Shown here piece by piece: positions 15,361 through 25,477 of a stretch of 32,000 nucleotides of DNA. This DNA is from Pseudoalteromonas tetraodonis. Its GTDB lineage: Bacteria > Pseudomonadota > Gammaproteobacteria > Enterobacterales > Alteromonadaceae. Every line of letters begins with the position of its first letter. The first letter of the stretch is position 1. Below the pieces are notes generated by a model, which ran no database searches, was not told the origin of the DNA, and saw only the letters and a list, made by a program, of their open reading frames with translations. The DNA lies in assembly GCF_002310835.1 (NCBI RefSeq), contig NZ_CP011041.1, positions 2,700,001-2,732,000 of the forward strand. Direction: 5' to 3'. Position numbers and translations under genes: made by a program.

Positions 15361-17964
15361 TTAATTGCTATAATTACGCTTTCTTAGTTTTTGGAACAAC
15401 CAACTAAGCCCGACTAACGAAAGCCCTAAGCCAATAAACGATAATGCCTTTAAAAGCCCAGTTAAATTAGCCATATCAATTAAAAATACTTTAACGATTA
15501 CCGCACCAAGAATCCCCAAACCGACATTTTGTAATAACCGCAGCTGTTTTAAATGTCCGGCGATCACCACCAATGCGCCAAGTAATAACCAAATAACCGA
15601 ATAGCTATATAGCTCGGCGTCACTGGTTGCCTTATCAAGGTAAATAAAGCCGCCTTGCCAATATTGGCGGATCAAGGTGTTGATAGCTAATACCGCTAAT
15701 AAACCAGACACACCGAGTGTAATTTGACTCAATTTAGCATTTAACGATTTAACTAAACTCGCTAACCATAACGCCAGCAGGCTCGGGACGAACCAGATTA
15801 AAAGCACCCAGTTAAATATTGGCGTTTCACCAACATAAAGACGCATTAATAACGGATTATCATCCAACGTTGTATTGATTAATAATAAGCCAGCTAACGC
15901 TGATAAAATCAAACCTGCAGTGCGGTATAACTTACCCAGCTGCCCTGCACTTTGCGCGCGATATAAATAAACGCAGCCTAAAGCAAGCAAGTTACAGCTG
16001 AGCAAAACTTGCTCATAAAAACTTAAAGAAAACAACTGAGGGTAGTGCCCTACCAGTTGATAACTGGTTTCGGTTGTCACAAATAACGCTAAACAATGCA
16101 GTGCCGCCCCCTCTAACCATATTTTTAGTTTTGAAGTATTAAAACATTTAGCCGCTGCAAAAAATAACCCAATACACAGCGGGTAAACAACTAAGCTCCA
16201 ATGCAAACCAAAGATAGTTAGATCATCATAACTAGGCGTCCACGGCGATAAGGTAAGGCGTAAAAGTAATGCCGCCACAAGGGCTTTTATTGGCCAGTGT
16301 GGCATAGCCACACTGTATTTTTTTATTAATAAGCTCAGCAGTAATACTTGAACAGCCAGTGCAATGGTAAGGCCGCTATCGCTCAGTAGCATAGTAATTG
16401 CTAAAGTGATATTGGCGTTTGCTCCCACCCAATAACTAAAACGTTGCCATAAGGTTGTATTATTTTGCGTAAATTTAATTAACACCGCACTCATTAAACA
16501 TAACAATACCGCCCAAAGTGGATAAGCGGTTGCTAAAGCCGTATTTGGGATCATCGCATACAAAGTGCCAACTAATGCAAACACGCTTAATGAAGCAAGC
16601 AAATGAAAAGCTAATCGTTTTGGGTATTTATTACCAAAATAGAGTCCATAGCCACTTAACCCCAGGGCAAGTAATAAGCCTAGCCCATATTCGTTTTTAA
16701 AAATAAATAACGCATCATCAAAGGCATAAGTTTGTTTAGCACTGACCACTAGTAACAGCGCAATCACTAAAGAAACCCCTTGCCATGCATCCCAACGGCT
16801 ATTTTTTAACACTAAAAATAGTAACAAAGCGATGCTTAACAACGCCACGATTTGCCATTGTAAATTAAACAAACTCAATAGCATGGCAATCATTAAAGGC
16901 GCCATAAAGGCCAGTAATAATCCGTGATCTGGAAATAAGTTAACTAATCGTTTGAAGCTGTGCGGGCGCACTTCAAGGGTATTAAAGGTTAACCCTAAGC
17001 GTGCAATAGCGATTAATCCTAAAATACTTAACAACGCAAAAGCGCCTATTAACCACACTGTGTCGTAGGTAAATAAAGTGAGTCCAACCAAATACCAGCC
17101 AATATGCCCTGCCCATAATAAATACCACAGCCAAACACGCTTTACTTTTTGTGCCACTAATGTCGCAGCAACACTCACAAGGGCAACATAAATAAGCAAA
17201 GAAAATAACTGCCCACTGCCCGTATTTACCCAAATAGGAACACTGTATGCGCCTATAATGCCTATTACTGCAAGTAAAGGGCCTAGCTTTATTGCCATTG
17301 CACTAGCACACAGAGCAATAACTGCTAAGCCAATAAACGCCCACTCAGCACTGAGCATGCTAAAGCTGTTATAAGCTAAAAACATTAAGGCAAAACAGGT
17401 TATAAAGCCGCCACTAGCCAAGGCTGCAGGAATATAATTATTAAAGCCTTCAAAAACGATACGTTTATAATGTAAATAGGTCGCCGCTGCGATTAAGCCA
17501 ACACCAAATAACCCACCAGCACTGAGCCTCATTGCTGGTGAAAGTAGCCCCGCCTCTAAACTGTATTTTGCTAAAAATACGCCACCTAAAGCCAAAGCAA
17601 TAGCACCAATCCAAGTCATCCAGTTTTGTTCAAAGCCTGCACGTAATTGTTTAAAAAGCAGTTCAATACTCGATGGCTTTTTAATTGCTACTTTAGGTAG
17701 TGGCGTATGTTTAATGCTCGCAGGTTTATAATCAGAGGCAGGAATGTCTGCGCGGTTTAAAGGTTTTGCGTTATCTGGTTGTGTGTTTACAGGGGATTTG
17801 CTAGGGACTGTATTTGGGTTTAACTCATACTGTGATAGCTTGAATTTTAATACTGCAATCTCTTGTTTTAAGCCGTTTAATTGCACTAAGGCAACTAAAC
17901 CACATACGCCTCCTGCAACAATCGCAATAGATATAATGATTGCTAATCCGATTAACTCATCCAT
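15361..17964 (-). CDS. DUF2339-like polytopic membrane protein
   Basis: 867 aa. N-terminal TM, then a short coiled coil (LKQEIAVLKFKLSQYE) and a Pro/Lys-rich linker. Next comes ...NWMTWIGAIALALGGVFLAKY..., followed by more than 20 predicted TM segments. The architecture matches my recollection of DUF2339. Not verified by search. Confidence 0.6.
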   Translation of the reverse strand: MDELIGLAIIISIAIVAGGVCGLVALVQLNGLKQEIAVLKFKLSQYELNPNTVPSKSPVNTQPDNAKPLNRADIPASDYKPASIKHTPLPKVAIKKPSSIELLFKQLRAGFEQNWMTWIGAIALALGGVFLAKYSLEAGLLSPAMRLSAGGLFGVGLIAAATYLHYKRIVFEGFNNYIPAALASGGFITCFALMFLAYNSFSMLSAEWAFIGLAVIALCASAMAIKLGPLLAVIGIIGAYSVPIWVNTGSGQLFSLLIYVALVSVAATLVAQKVKRVWLWYLLWAGHIGWYLVGLTLFTYDTVWLIGAFALLSILGLIAIARLGLTFNTLEVRPHSFKRLVNLFPDHGLLLAFMAPLMIAMLLSLFNLQWQIVALLSIALLLFLVLKNSRWDAWQGVSLVIALLLVVSAKQTYAFDDALFIFKNEYGLGLLLALGLSGYGLYFGNKYPKRLAFHLLASLSVFALVGTLYAMIPNTALATAYPLWAVLLCLMSAVLIKFTQNNTTLWQRFSYWVGANANITLAITMLLSDSGLTIALAVQVLLLSLLIKKYSVAMPHWPIKALVAALLLRLTLSPWTPSYDDLTIFGLHWSLVVYPLCIGLFFAAAKCFNTSKLKIWLEGAALHCLALFVTTETSYQLVGHYPQLFSLSFYEQVLLSCNLLALGCVYLYRAQSAGQLGKLYRTAGLILSALAGLLLINTTLDDNPLLMRLYVGETPIFNWVLLIWFVPSLLALWLASLVKSLNAKLSQITLGVSGLLAVLAINTLIRQYWQGGFIYLDKATSDAELYSYSVIWLLLGALVVIAGHLKQLRLLQNVGLGILGAVIVKVFLIDMANLTGLLKALSFIGLGLSLVGLSWLFQKLRKRNYSN

Positions 17965-18040
17965 ACAGTCCCTTTTTTATTTTACAAAACAAGTACCCAA
18001 AAAAGTTACAAACAAAGCTTATACCATAAAATTACGATGG

Positions 18041-18943
18041 TTAAGCAACCTCAAGGCGATCACGGCCTGCTTTTTTAGCGCGGTATAATGCTTGATCAGC
18101 ACGTTTCATCACATTATCAAAGCTCTGCTCACTGCTACGATGTGCAATACCAATGCTAACCGTTAAAGAGCGCTGATTTTGCACTGTAATAGTGCGAGCA
18201 GTCTCTAGGATAGTCTGCGCAAAGTTAAGTACTTCATCAAGCTCATAACTAGGCAGATAAGCGGCGAATTCCTCCCCCCCTATGCGAGCAAATATATTTT
18301 CATTGTTAAATAGCGCATTTACTTTGCTAGCAAACTGTTTAAGCACCTGATCGCCCACATCATGGCCAAAGTCATCATTAATACGTTTGAAGTGATCAAT
18401 ATCTATGATTAAAACAGTATAGGGATTATTAGCAATCCCCTTCACATGCTGATAAAAGCAGCGTCGGTTATACACTTTAGTTAAATCATCTATAATAAAC
18501 TCTTGCGCCAAGCGGGTGTGCATTCGCTGCATAAAGTGCATGGTTTTAAATAAACCATAAGCGGTAATTAGCATACCTAATGTGCGACATAAGTCTTCTA
18601 CGTAATTGCTTATCCAAAAAGGCTGACGTATCACTTCATCGAGCACATCGGCAGTAGAGCCTACAATCCATAGCATTAAACCGATACTGACATATAAATA
18701 CGCTTTTTTAGCTAACCGTGAACATTGCACTACAAAAAAAATAGCAAAAATCACCACTAAATTAATAAAGTCAGTGGTAAAGCCATAGAGGTTTTGGGTT
18801 ATGTCTAATGGGGGAAAGTACATCAACGAAAAAATTGAGAAAGCGATAATAAACGCCAGCGTCATCAAAATTAACAGCTTATTTAATCTGGTAATTTTAA
18901 CAAAATGGCTTAACTTTAAACTCACTTTTTCCGGGTTCATCAT
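18041..18943 (-). CDS. Membrane-anchored diguanylate cyclase (GGDEF domain, GGEEF active site)
   Basis: 300 aa with about 4 N-terminal TM helices. The GGDEF domain reads ...DDLTKVYNRRCF...IDIDHFKRINDDFGHDVGDQVL...ARIGGEEFAAYL...ADQALYRAKKAGRD. The position -9..-6 before GGEEF is NNEN, so there is no RxxD I-site. Confidence 0.85.
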   Translation of the reverse strand: MMNPEKVSLKLSHFVKITRLNKLLILMTLAFIIAFSIFSLMYFPPLDITQNLYGFTTDFINLVVIFAIFFVVQCSRLAKKAYLYVSIGLMLWIVGSTADVLDEVIRQPFWISNYVEDLCRTLGMLITAYGLFKTMHFMQRMHTRLAQEFIIDDLTKVYNRRCFYQHVKGIANNPYTVLIIDIDHFKRINDDFGHDVGDQVLKQFASKVNALFNNENIFARIGGEEFAAYLPSYELDEVLNFAQTILETARTITVQNQRSLTVSIGIAHRSSEQSFDNVMKRADQALYRAKKAGRDRLEVA

Positions 18944-19011
18944 AGGCGATATTTACATTATTTTTATAATTACTATTAAAAACTATACCACAAATTATAA
19001 AACGGATTGAT

Positions 19012-19596
19012 TTATATTAGTGTGCTAACAACCCAGCCAATAGCAACTAAAATAGTTAACCCAATCATGGTTTTAGTTTTATGTTTACTGATAAGTCGCT
19101 CAGCTTGATTGCCTGCATAATATACCACTAACGCTAAACCAAAATAACGTATAGAGCGAGCAATAGCGCTTGCTAATAAAAACAGCGCCAGCGAATACTT
19201 AGTCGCGCCAGCGGCCAACATCGCAATTTGAAACGGAATAGGCACAATACCTAAGCTTAATACAAACCAAAAACCTTGTGCCTGCATTTTTTGCTTAACG
19301 TTTTCAAACTGTTCAGCACTAGAAAAGGTATTAATGATCCAATCGCCCACTACATCAAATAAATAATAACCCAACGCATAACCAAACAACGCCCCAATAA
19401 CACAGCCGATTGTGGCCATAAGGGCAATTTGCCACAGTTTTTCACGCCTTGCCTGCATTAAGGGCACCAGTACTGCTTCAAGTGGAATGGGCACTATGGT
19501 GGATTCTAAAAATGAGGCAAACGTAATACCGCTGAGCATATTTTTAGACTCAATAAACTGACGTGTTTTTTGCTTGAGCTTTTTTTGTATAGCCAT
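19012..19596 (-). CDS. DedA/YqaA-family (SNARE-associated domain) inner-membrane protein
   Basis: 194 aa. ...FASFLESTIVPIPLEAVLVPLM... followed by 4-5 TM helices is typical of YqaA/DedA proteins. Confidence 0.65.
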   Translation of the reverse strand: MAIQKKLKQKTRQFIESKNMLSGITFASFLESTIVPIPLEAVLVPLMQARREKLWQIALMATIGCVIGALFGYALGYYLFDVVGDWIINTFSSAEQFENVKQKMQAQGFWFVLSLGIVPIPFQIAMLAAGATKYSLALFLLASAIARSIRYFGLALVVYYAGNQAERLISKHKTKTMIGLTILVAIGWVVSTLI

Positions 19597-19784
19597 TAAA
19601 CATCCTTTTAACTACTGAGATTAATATTTTTAGCGGGTACTGGCATCATCGCACAGTTAGGTTAATCTAACCTGAAAATATAACGCCTTATTATTTATAG
19701 ATTTAACATTGGCAAAATAGTAATACTTCCCAGAGTACTTTATTATTGCTCAATGCCATTATACTTTTCTGACAATTATTAATT

Positions 19785-21020
19785 ATGCAAACTGCGCGTT
19801 TTATTCCTTTTAGAAAGCAAGATATCATAGGCATGTGCAGCCAAGAGCTTGCCGATAGTGCACAACAAACCTCTTTTAAACAGTTTTGCGACGTGCTCGC
19901 CAGCCTGATTCATTATAATTACCACTCAACCCTTGAGTCACTGAAAAACAATTACGCACCGTTTGATCCTAATAGCGACACCCGCTCGTTAGCCCCTGTC
20001 TCGAAGGAGCAAAAAGCCCAGTGCCAACGCGATTTTGCAAAAGATTTTGCCAACGTATTAAATGCGGCTAATTTTGAAGTGATCACCAATGAAGACCTAC
20101 AAGATGCACTCAACGAAGAATCGCTTTTTAAGGTACGCCTAGAGGTAGAGTTTGACGACTTTGAAGAAGTGGTCTTTTATCGCAGAGGCGAATCGCAACT
20201 TACCGAAACCATAACCAGCTTTTGGGGCTTACGTAAAAAGCCACTGCATTTTACCAACTACGACCGCGTAGCGGTATTTATTCGCTTTAAAGATAAAGCC
20301 TATTTTGAATCAAAAAATAAACTACCTATGGGGTTTGAGCCAAGTTCTACCATAGTAAAACTATTTCAAAATGTGCCAAAAGCTGACTTAGAAATGCTGT
20401 TTCCGAATAGCGAAGTGCGGATGCGCCCGATTGATAAAATTATTATTGGCTCATCTGCACTTATTGGCGGTGCGGTGGTGTTAGTTACCAAACTGGGCGC
20501 CTCATTACTTTTATTGTTTGCTTTGTTTGCATTTTGGGGAGGGTTTAGAGATGAAGCCGTTACCATGACTCAGCAGCACTTTATTACATTAGCGATTGGT
20601 ATTGGGGTATTTGGTAGTTTTGTTTTTAAAGAGTGGAGTAAATTTAAAAACCGCAAAATTAAATTTATGAAAGCGTTGAGCGATAATCTGTACTTTAAAA
20701 ACCTAGATAACAACGCCGGTGTATTCCACACTCTGATAGACGCTGCCGAAGAAGAAGACATTAAAGAAGCCCTGCTTGCGTATACGTTTTTACTAAAATC
20801 TAAAAATGGCTTAAGCGCACACGCGCTTGATGAGCAAATAGAGACGTGGTTTAAAACTAAGTATCAATGCGAGCTAGATTTTGAAATTAGTGATGCGCTT
20901 GAAAAACTTGAACGTATGCATTTAGTAACCTGCACAAACACCCTATATAACGCGATAAATCTAGAGCACGCAAAGGCCATATTAGATGAACGCTGGGATA
21001 ACCTGTTTCAATATAATTAA
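19785..21020 (+). CDS. Two-TM membrane protein of unknown function, DUF3754/TMEM143-like
   Basis: 411 aa. A soluble N-terminal region of about 215 aa is followed by two TM helices (IIIGSSALIGGAVVLVTKLGASLLLLFALFAFWGGF and FITLAIGIGVFGSFVF). The C-terminal domain of about 120 aa reads ...LSDNLYFKNLDNNAGVFHTLIDAAEEEDIKEALLAY.... Family name is from memory only. Confidence 0.45.
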   Translation: MQTARFIPFRKQDIIGMCSQELADSAQQTSFKQFCDVLASLIHYNYHSTLESLKNNYAPFDPNSDTRSLAPVSKEQKAQCQRDFAKDFANVLNAANFEVITNEDLQDALNEESLFKVRLEVEFDDFEEVVFYRRGESQLTETITSFWGLRKKPLHFTNYDRVAVFIRFKDKAYFESKNKLPMGFEPSSTIVKLFQNVPKADLEMLFPNSEVRMRPIDKIIIGSSALIGGAVVLVTKLGASLLLLFALFAFWGGFRDEAVTMTQQHFITLAIGIGVFGSFVFKEWSKFKNRKIKFMKALSDNLYFKNLDNNAGVFHTLIDAAEEEDIKEALLAYTFLLKSKNGLSAHALDEQIETWFKTKYQCELDFEISDALEKLERMHLVTCTNTLYNAINLEHAKAILDERWDNLFQYN

Positions 21021-21046
21021 ACTGCACGCTTTACTTAATAACAACG

Positions 21047-21076
21047 AAAAAGCAGCTGACACTTCAGCTGCTTTTT
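21047..21076. terminator. Bidirectional rho-independent terminator between convergent genes
   Basis: AAAAAGCAGCTGA (21047..21059) pairs with TCAGCTGCTTTTT (21064..21076) around the loop CACT. The A-run and T-run give a U-tract in both orientations. Confidence 0.8.
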
Positions 21077-21101
21077 ACGTTATTACCTAATTAGTAATTA
21101 G

Positions 21102-24100
21102 TTAAGCTGTTTGCGGCTTTTTAAATTTTGTATGCACTAACTTATAAAGTGCTGGCAAAATTAATAGTGTTAGTAAGGTAGATGACATAATACCGCCTAC
21201 AACCACGGTTGCTAATGGCCTTTGCACCTCAGAGCCGGTACCGGTATTGAGCGCCATCGGTATAAAGCCTAAACTTGCCACAAGCGCGGTCATCAGCACG
21301 GGGCGTAATCGCTGTAATGCGCCGCTGTGTATTGCATGGTATAAACTTAACCCTTCGTTTCGTAACTGCTTAATAAACGACAACATCACTACACCGTTTA
21401 ATACCGCAACACCACTTAGGGCAATAAACCCCACACCCGCTGAAATAGAAAGCGGCATATCTCGTAGCAATAACGCCAATACCCCACCGGTCAGTGCCAG
21501 AGGTACACCGCTGAATATAATGAGTGAATCACGCAGCGATCCAAAAGCACTATAAAGTAAGCCAAAAATAAGCAATAAAGTCACAGGCACAACCAACGAC
21601 AAACGTTTACTCGCCGATTGTAATTGCTCAAACGTACCGCCGTATTCAAGCCAGTAACCGCTAGGTAGGTTAAGTTGTGCGTTCATTTTCGCTTGGACAT
21701 CACTTACAAAGCTTGCTAAATCGCGCCCCGCTACATTGGCCGTTACTACCACATTACGCTTACCACTTTCGCGGTTTATTTGGTTAGGGCCTTTTTCAAT
21801 GCTGATTGTAGCCACTTCTCCCAGCGGTACAAATGCAAGCTCAGGGTTACTACTTTGAGGTAATGCGACAGGTAAACGCGCAAGCGCAGAGACATCATCA
21901 GACCAACGCTTATCTAAGCGTACTAATAACGAAAAGCGCTTATCCCCCTCATAAATTAGCCCTGTTTGCACCCCACCAACAGCAGCGGCAAGGGTTTGTT
22001 GAATGTCGTTTACGGTTAATCCTAATAGCGCCATATGGTCTCGCATTGGGGTAACAGAAAGTGTAGGCAAGCCCTCCATTTGCTCTAAACGAACATCAGT
22101 AGCACCGTTTATATTTCGCATTAAACCAGTGGCTTTTTCGCCAAACTGTTTGAGTATGGCTAAATCGTCACCGTAAATACGCAGCGCTACATCGGCACGC
22201 ACACCGGCAATTAACTCGTTAAAGCGCATTTCTATAGGCTGGGTAAATTCATAGTTATTACCAGGTACCTCATTCACACGATGACGAATTTGCTGCACTA
22301 ACGCGTCTTTACTTAGTGACGGATCTGGCCATTGCTCACGCGGCTTTAACATTAAAAAAGTGTCGGCAACATTAGGCGGCATAGGGTCGCTGGCTACATC
22401 TGCAGTGCCAATCTTTGAAAATACGTTCGCAATTTCAGGTTGCTCTAATAAAGCCTGCTCCAACTGCTTTTGCATTTGCACCGATTGTTCAATACCGGTG
22501 CCAGTAATACGCAGCGCATGCATTGCAATGTCACCTTCATCTAGCTGCGGTAAGAATTCGGCGCCCATATTTTTAACTTTAAAGCCAAGCACTAATACCA
22601 AAACAGTGGCAATACTCACCATCAGCCACGGTAATTTAAGCGATAAGTTAAGCAGTGGTTTGTAGATTTTTTTAACACCACGCATTACTGCGTTTTCGCT
22701 TTCATCTACTTTACCACGCACAAATACGGCAATAGCCGCCGGCACAAAGGTGACAGCAAAAATAAGTGCACCTATTAACGCGGCAACCACGGTAAACGCC
22801 ATAGGCTGAAACATTTTGCCCTCAACACCACTGAGCGCAAATAGCGGTAAATACACCAACATAATAATTAAAATACCAAATACTGCGGGGCTAAACACTT
22901 CTTTGGTGGCTGAAGTTACAACCTCTAAACGCTCACTGAGCGTAAGTAAGCGGCCATGTTTATGTTGAGCTATCCCTAATTGACGAAGGCAGTTTTCAAC
23001 CACAATCACCGCGCCATCAACAATTAATCCAAAATCGATTGCACCTAAGCTCATTAAGTTACCCGAGACTCGATTGCCCACCATGCCTGTAATAGCAAAT
23101 AGCATACTCAGCGGAATAACCATGGCGGTAATAAGCGCACCAGTGATATTCCCAAGCAATAACAACAGAATGACGATGACCAATACCGCACCTTCAAACA
23201 GGTTTTTTTGTACTGTGGCGATAGTTTTATCAACCAGATTGGTGCGGTCATAAACAGGCTCAACAATAACCCCTGCAGGTAAACTTTTTTGTACTTGTAT
23301 AAGCTTATCAGCCATGGCTTTGGCAACCACACGGCTATTTTCACCAATTAGCATCATCGCCGTGCCTAATACGGTTTCCTCGCCATTATAAGTAGCCGCG
23401 CCAGTTCTGAGTTCTTTTCCTAAGTATACTTTTGCCACGTCTTTAATTCGCACAGGAGCATCATCACGCTTAGCAATAACGGTGTTTGCTATATCCGCTA
23501 ATGTTTTTAATTGCCCAGGTGAGCGCACTAAATATTGGCCGTCAAAGCGCTCTATATAACCGGCTCCGCGATTGCTGTTATTAAGCTCAAGTGCACTAAT
23601 AACATCGTTGATTGTTAGCTTATAAGCGATGAGCTTTTCTGGTATGGGCGCAACTTGGTACTGGCGCTCAAAGCCACCTTGGCTATTTATTTCGGTTACG
23701 CCTTTTACTTTTAAAAGCTGCGGACGAATAACCCAGTCTTGTAAAGTACGTAAATCTTCAGCGCTGTAAGGCATACCATCACTTTTTAACGCATCGGGTT
23801 TTGCATGCACGCTATAGGTAAATATTTCACCTAAACCACTGGCAATAGGTCCAAGGTTTGGCTCAACATTATTAGGTAAATCGGCGCGAATACTTTGAAT
23901 ACGCTCTCCAATTTGTTGACGCGCCCAATAAATATCGGTGCCTTCATCAAAAATAATGGTTACTTGAGAAAGCCCATAGCGAGAAAGCGAACGGGTATAA
24001 TCAAGTTTAGGAATACCCGCCATCGCCGTTTCGACTAAGTAAGTAATACGCTGCTCAACTTCAAGCGGGGTAAAACCAGGCGCTTTAGAGTTAATTTGCA

Positions 24101-24239
24101 CTTGTACATTGGTAATATCGGGTACCGCATCTACCGCTAAGTTTTGGATGTTATACACACCAAACCCAGCAAATAAAAATGTCAGTGCCAATACCATCAT
24201 GCGGCGTTTAACCGCAAAAGAAACAATCCAGTTAATCAT
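21102..24239 (-). CDS. czcA: Heavy-metal efflux RND permease, CzcA-type (divalent cation HME-RND)
   Basis: 1045 aa with 12-TM RND topology. The TM4 signature AIDFGLIVDGAVIVVEN (DFG-DGA-VEN, encoded around 22990..23050) is characteristic of Zn/Co/Cd HME pumps. ...VASDPMPPNVADTFLMLKPREQWP...PGNNYEFTQPIEMRFNELIAGVRADVA... is also CzcA-like. Confidence 0.88.
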   Translation of the reverse strand: MINWIVSFAVKRRMMVLALTFLFAGFGVYNIQNLAVDAVPDITNVQVQINSKAPGFTPLEVEQRITYLVETAMAGIPKLDYTRSLSRYGLSQVTIIFDEGTDIYWARQQIGERIQSIRADLPNNVEPNLGPIASGLGEIFTYSVHAKPDALKSDGMPYSAEDLRTLQDWVIRPQLLKVKGVTEINSQGGFERQYQVAPIPEKLIAYKLTINDVISALELNNSNRGAGYIERFDGQYLVRSPGQLKTLADIANTVIAKRDDAPVRIKDVAKVYLGKELRTGAATYNGEETVLGTAMMLIGENSRVVAKAMADKLIQVQKSLPAGVIVEPVYDRTNLVDKTIATVQKNLFEGAVLVIVILLLLLGNITGALITAMVIPLSMLFAITGMVGNRVSGNLMSLGAIDFGLIVDGAVIVVENCLRQLGIAQHKHGRLLTLSERLEVVTSATKEVFSPAVFGILIIMLVYLPLFALSGVEGKMFQPMAFTVVAALIGALIFAVTFVPAAIAVFVRGKVDESENAVMRGVKKIYKPLLNLSLKLPWLMVSIATVLVLVLGFKVKNMGAEFLPQLDEGDIAMHALRITGTGIEQSVQMQKQLEQALLEQPEIANVFSKIGTADVASDPMPPNVADTFLMLKPREQWPDPSLSKDALVQQIRHRVNEVPGNNYEFTQPIEMRFNELIAGVRADVALRIYGDDLAILKQFGEKATGLMRNINGATDVRLEQMEGLPTLSVTPMRDHMALLGLTVNDIQQTLAAAVGGVQTGLIYEGDKRFSLLVRLDKRWSDDVSALARLPVALPQSSNPELAFVPLGEVATISIEKGPNQINRESGKRNVVVTANVAGRDLASFVSDVQAKMNAQLNLPSGYWLEYGGTFEQLQSASKRLSLVVPVTLLLIFGLLYSAFGSLRDSLIIFSGVPLALTGGVLALLLRDMPLSISAGVGFIALSGVAVLNGVVMLSFIKQLRNEGLSLYHAIHSGALQRLRPVLMTALVASLGFIPMALNTGTGSEVQRPLATVVVGGIMSSTLLTLLILPALYKLVHTKFKKPQTA

Positions 24240-24247
24240 GGTACCTC

Positions 24248-25477
24248 CTAGTGAGCGTGACTTGCGCCGCTTTTTAAAATATCGGCTTTGATCACATAGC
24301 TATTGGTTGTGACGTACTCGCTACCTGGGCTTAAACCCGCAATGACTTCGACCCACTCGCTACTTTTTGCGCCCAAAGTAACAGGGCGTACTTCAAACAC
24401 ACTATTTTTACGCACAAACACACTCGCCATACCATTAAAATCTTGAATAGCCTCAGGCTTTACACGCACGTTAGCATTAACCTTATCGATACTGACATCA
24501 CTATTAACATGCATACCTGGACGCCAATGACCATCAGGGTTATTAAGCTCAATACGGGCACGTGCAATGTGCCCGCCAGTCATCATAGGTGCTATAAAAA
24601 ACACCTTACCTTGGGCATTTAAATGATGATGTAAATCGTATACCGTGGCGCTTTGACCAATGGCTAGATTTTCGATGTTTTCAGGAAAGGCTGAGAGTTC
24701 AACCCATACTTTATCAAGATTCACGACCTGCATTAACGCACGAGTACTTGCCAGTTCGCCACGCTTTAAATATTGCTCGGTTACCACACCGCTAATAGGG
24801 CTTTTAATACTGTAGTTTTGCAAAGTTTCACGATTGGTGACACTGGCCAGTACATCGCCTTTTTTAACGTTTTGACCAATACTGACAAAAATATCGCTGA
24901 TCAATCCGGTATATGGCGCCATAATTTCTACTGTGCCATGCTGTGTCGGTGCAATAACACCAAACAGCGTGTCGGAAATATCAACCTCGCCACTTTGTGC
25001 TATCTGCGTTTCAATACCCGCACCTTTAATCGCTCGCTCACTAAGCATAGTGCGGCCTTCGTGTTGGGTGTACTCAAAACTAACGTGTTCACCTTTATAA
25101 TTGGCAGTAATGAAAAGCGCAAACGAATGTGGCTCATTTATGGGTTGCGTGCTAACAAGGTACTCATTCTCACGGGTAAATTGTATTTTTTGCGGCGCTT
25201 CTACTAATCGTTTTAAGTTCATTTCGATGCTTAAATCGTTTATATCTATCGGCTGATTTTGCTCATAACCATATACGCGCAGCTCAACTTTACCTGCCAA
25301 TTCTCGCAGCTTTAACTCAAGAGTGAGCTTTGCGTTGGTTAATAAAAAGCCGCCATGGGCACCTTGTTTTTGGGATTGCTGCATTTGCCCATGCTCTGCT
25401 GAGGCAAATACATGTGTACTTATAACGCTCGTTGTAAACGAAAGAAATATTAATAGTGCGATAAACGTGTTGTTCAT
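24248..25477 (-). CDS. czcB: RND efflux periplasmic adaptor (membrane fusion protein), CzcB/CusB-like
   Basis: 409 aa with a signal/anchor sequence. Lipoyl-like ...GQNVKKGDVLASV... and beta-barrel regions. His-containing tails (AEHGQMQQSQKQGAHGG near the N-terminus, SGASHAH at the C-terminus). 4-bp ATGA overlap with the upstream OMF gene and an 8-bp gap to czcA. Confidence 0.85.
   Translation of the reverse strand: MNNTFIALLIFLSFTTSVISTHVFASAEHGQMQQSQKQGAHGGFLLTNAKLTLELKLRELAGKVELRVYGYEQNQPIDINDLSIEMNLKRLVEAPQKIQFTRENEYLVSTQPINEPHSFALFITANYKGEHVSFEYTQHEGRTMLSERAIKGAGIETQIAQSGEVDISDTLFGVIAPTQHGTVEIMAPYTGLISDIFVSIGQNVKKGDVLASVTNRETLQNYSIKSPISGVVTEQYLKRGELASTRALMQVVNLDKVWVELSAFPENIENLAIGQSATVYDLHHHLNAQGKVFFIAPMMTGGHIARARIELNNPDGHWRPGMHVNSDVSIDKVNANVRVKPEAIQDFNGMASVFVRKNSVFEVRPVTLGAKSSEWVEVIAGLSPGSEYVTTNSYVIKADILKSGASHAH

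Noticed and set aside
17744-18088. 114-aa plus-strand ORF bridging the DUF2339 start and the GGDEF gene end
   Set aside because: It overlaps two convincing minus-strand genes, gives a Cys/Phe-rich nonsense-like translation, and has no RBS.
21102-24239. Annotating the RND pump as the Cu(I)/Ag(I) exporter CusA
   Set aside because: TM4 reads AIDFGLIVDGAVIVVEN (DFG-DGA-VEN), the divalent-cation HME signature. The periplasmic stretch aligns with my recollection of CzcA rather than with the CusA Met573/Met623/Met672 context. No CusF-like gene is present.
9411-24270. Shared ...HAH C-termini of the symporter (SSEAHAH, 9411..) and CzcB (GASHAH, 24248..)
   Set aside because: The match is three to four residues in unrelated proteins. 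It is most likely coincidence and there is no supporting nucleotide repeat.
21247-25207. Plus-strand ORFs inside the czc operon (21247..21555, 21833..22054, 22360..22665, 24773..25207)
   Set aside because: All are antisense to czcA or czcB, whose translations carry unambiguous family motifs. No independent signals are present.
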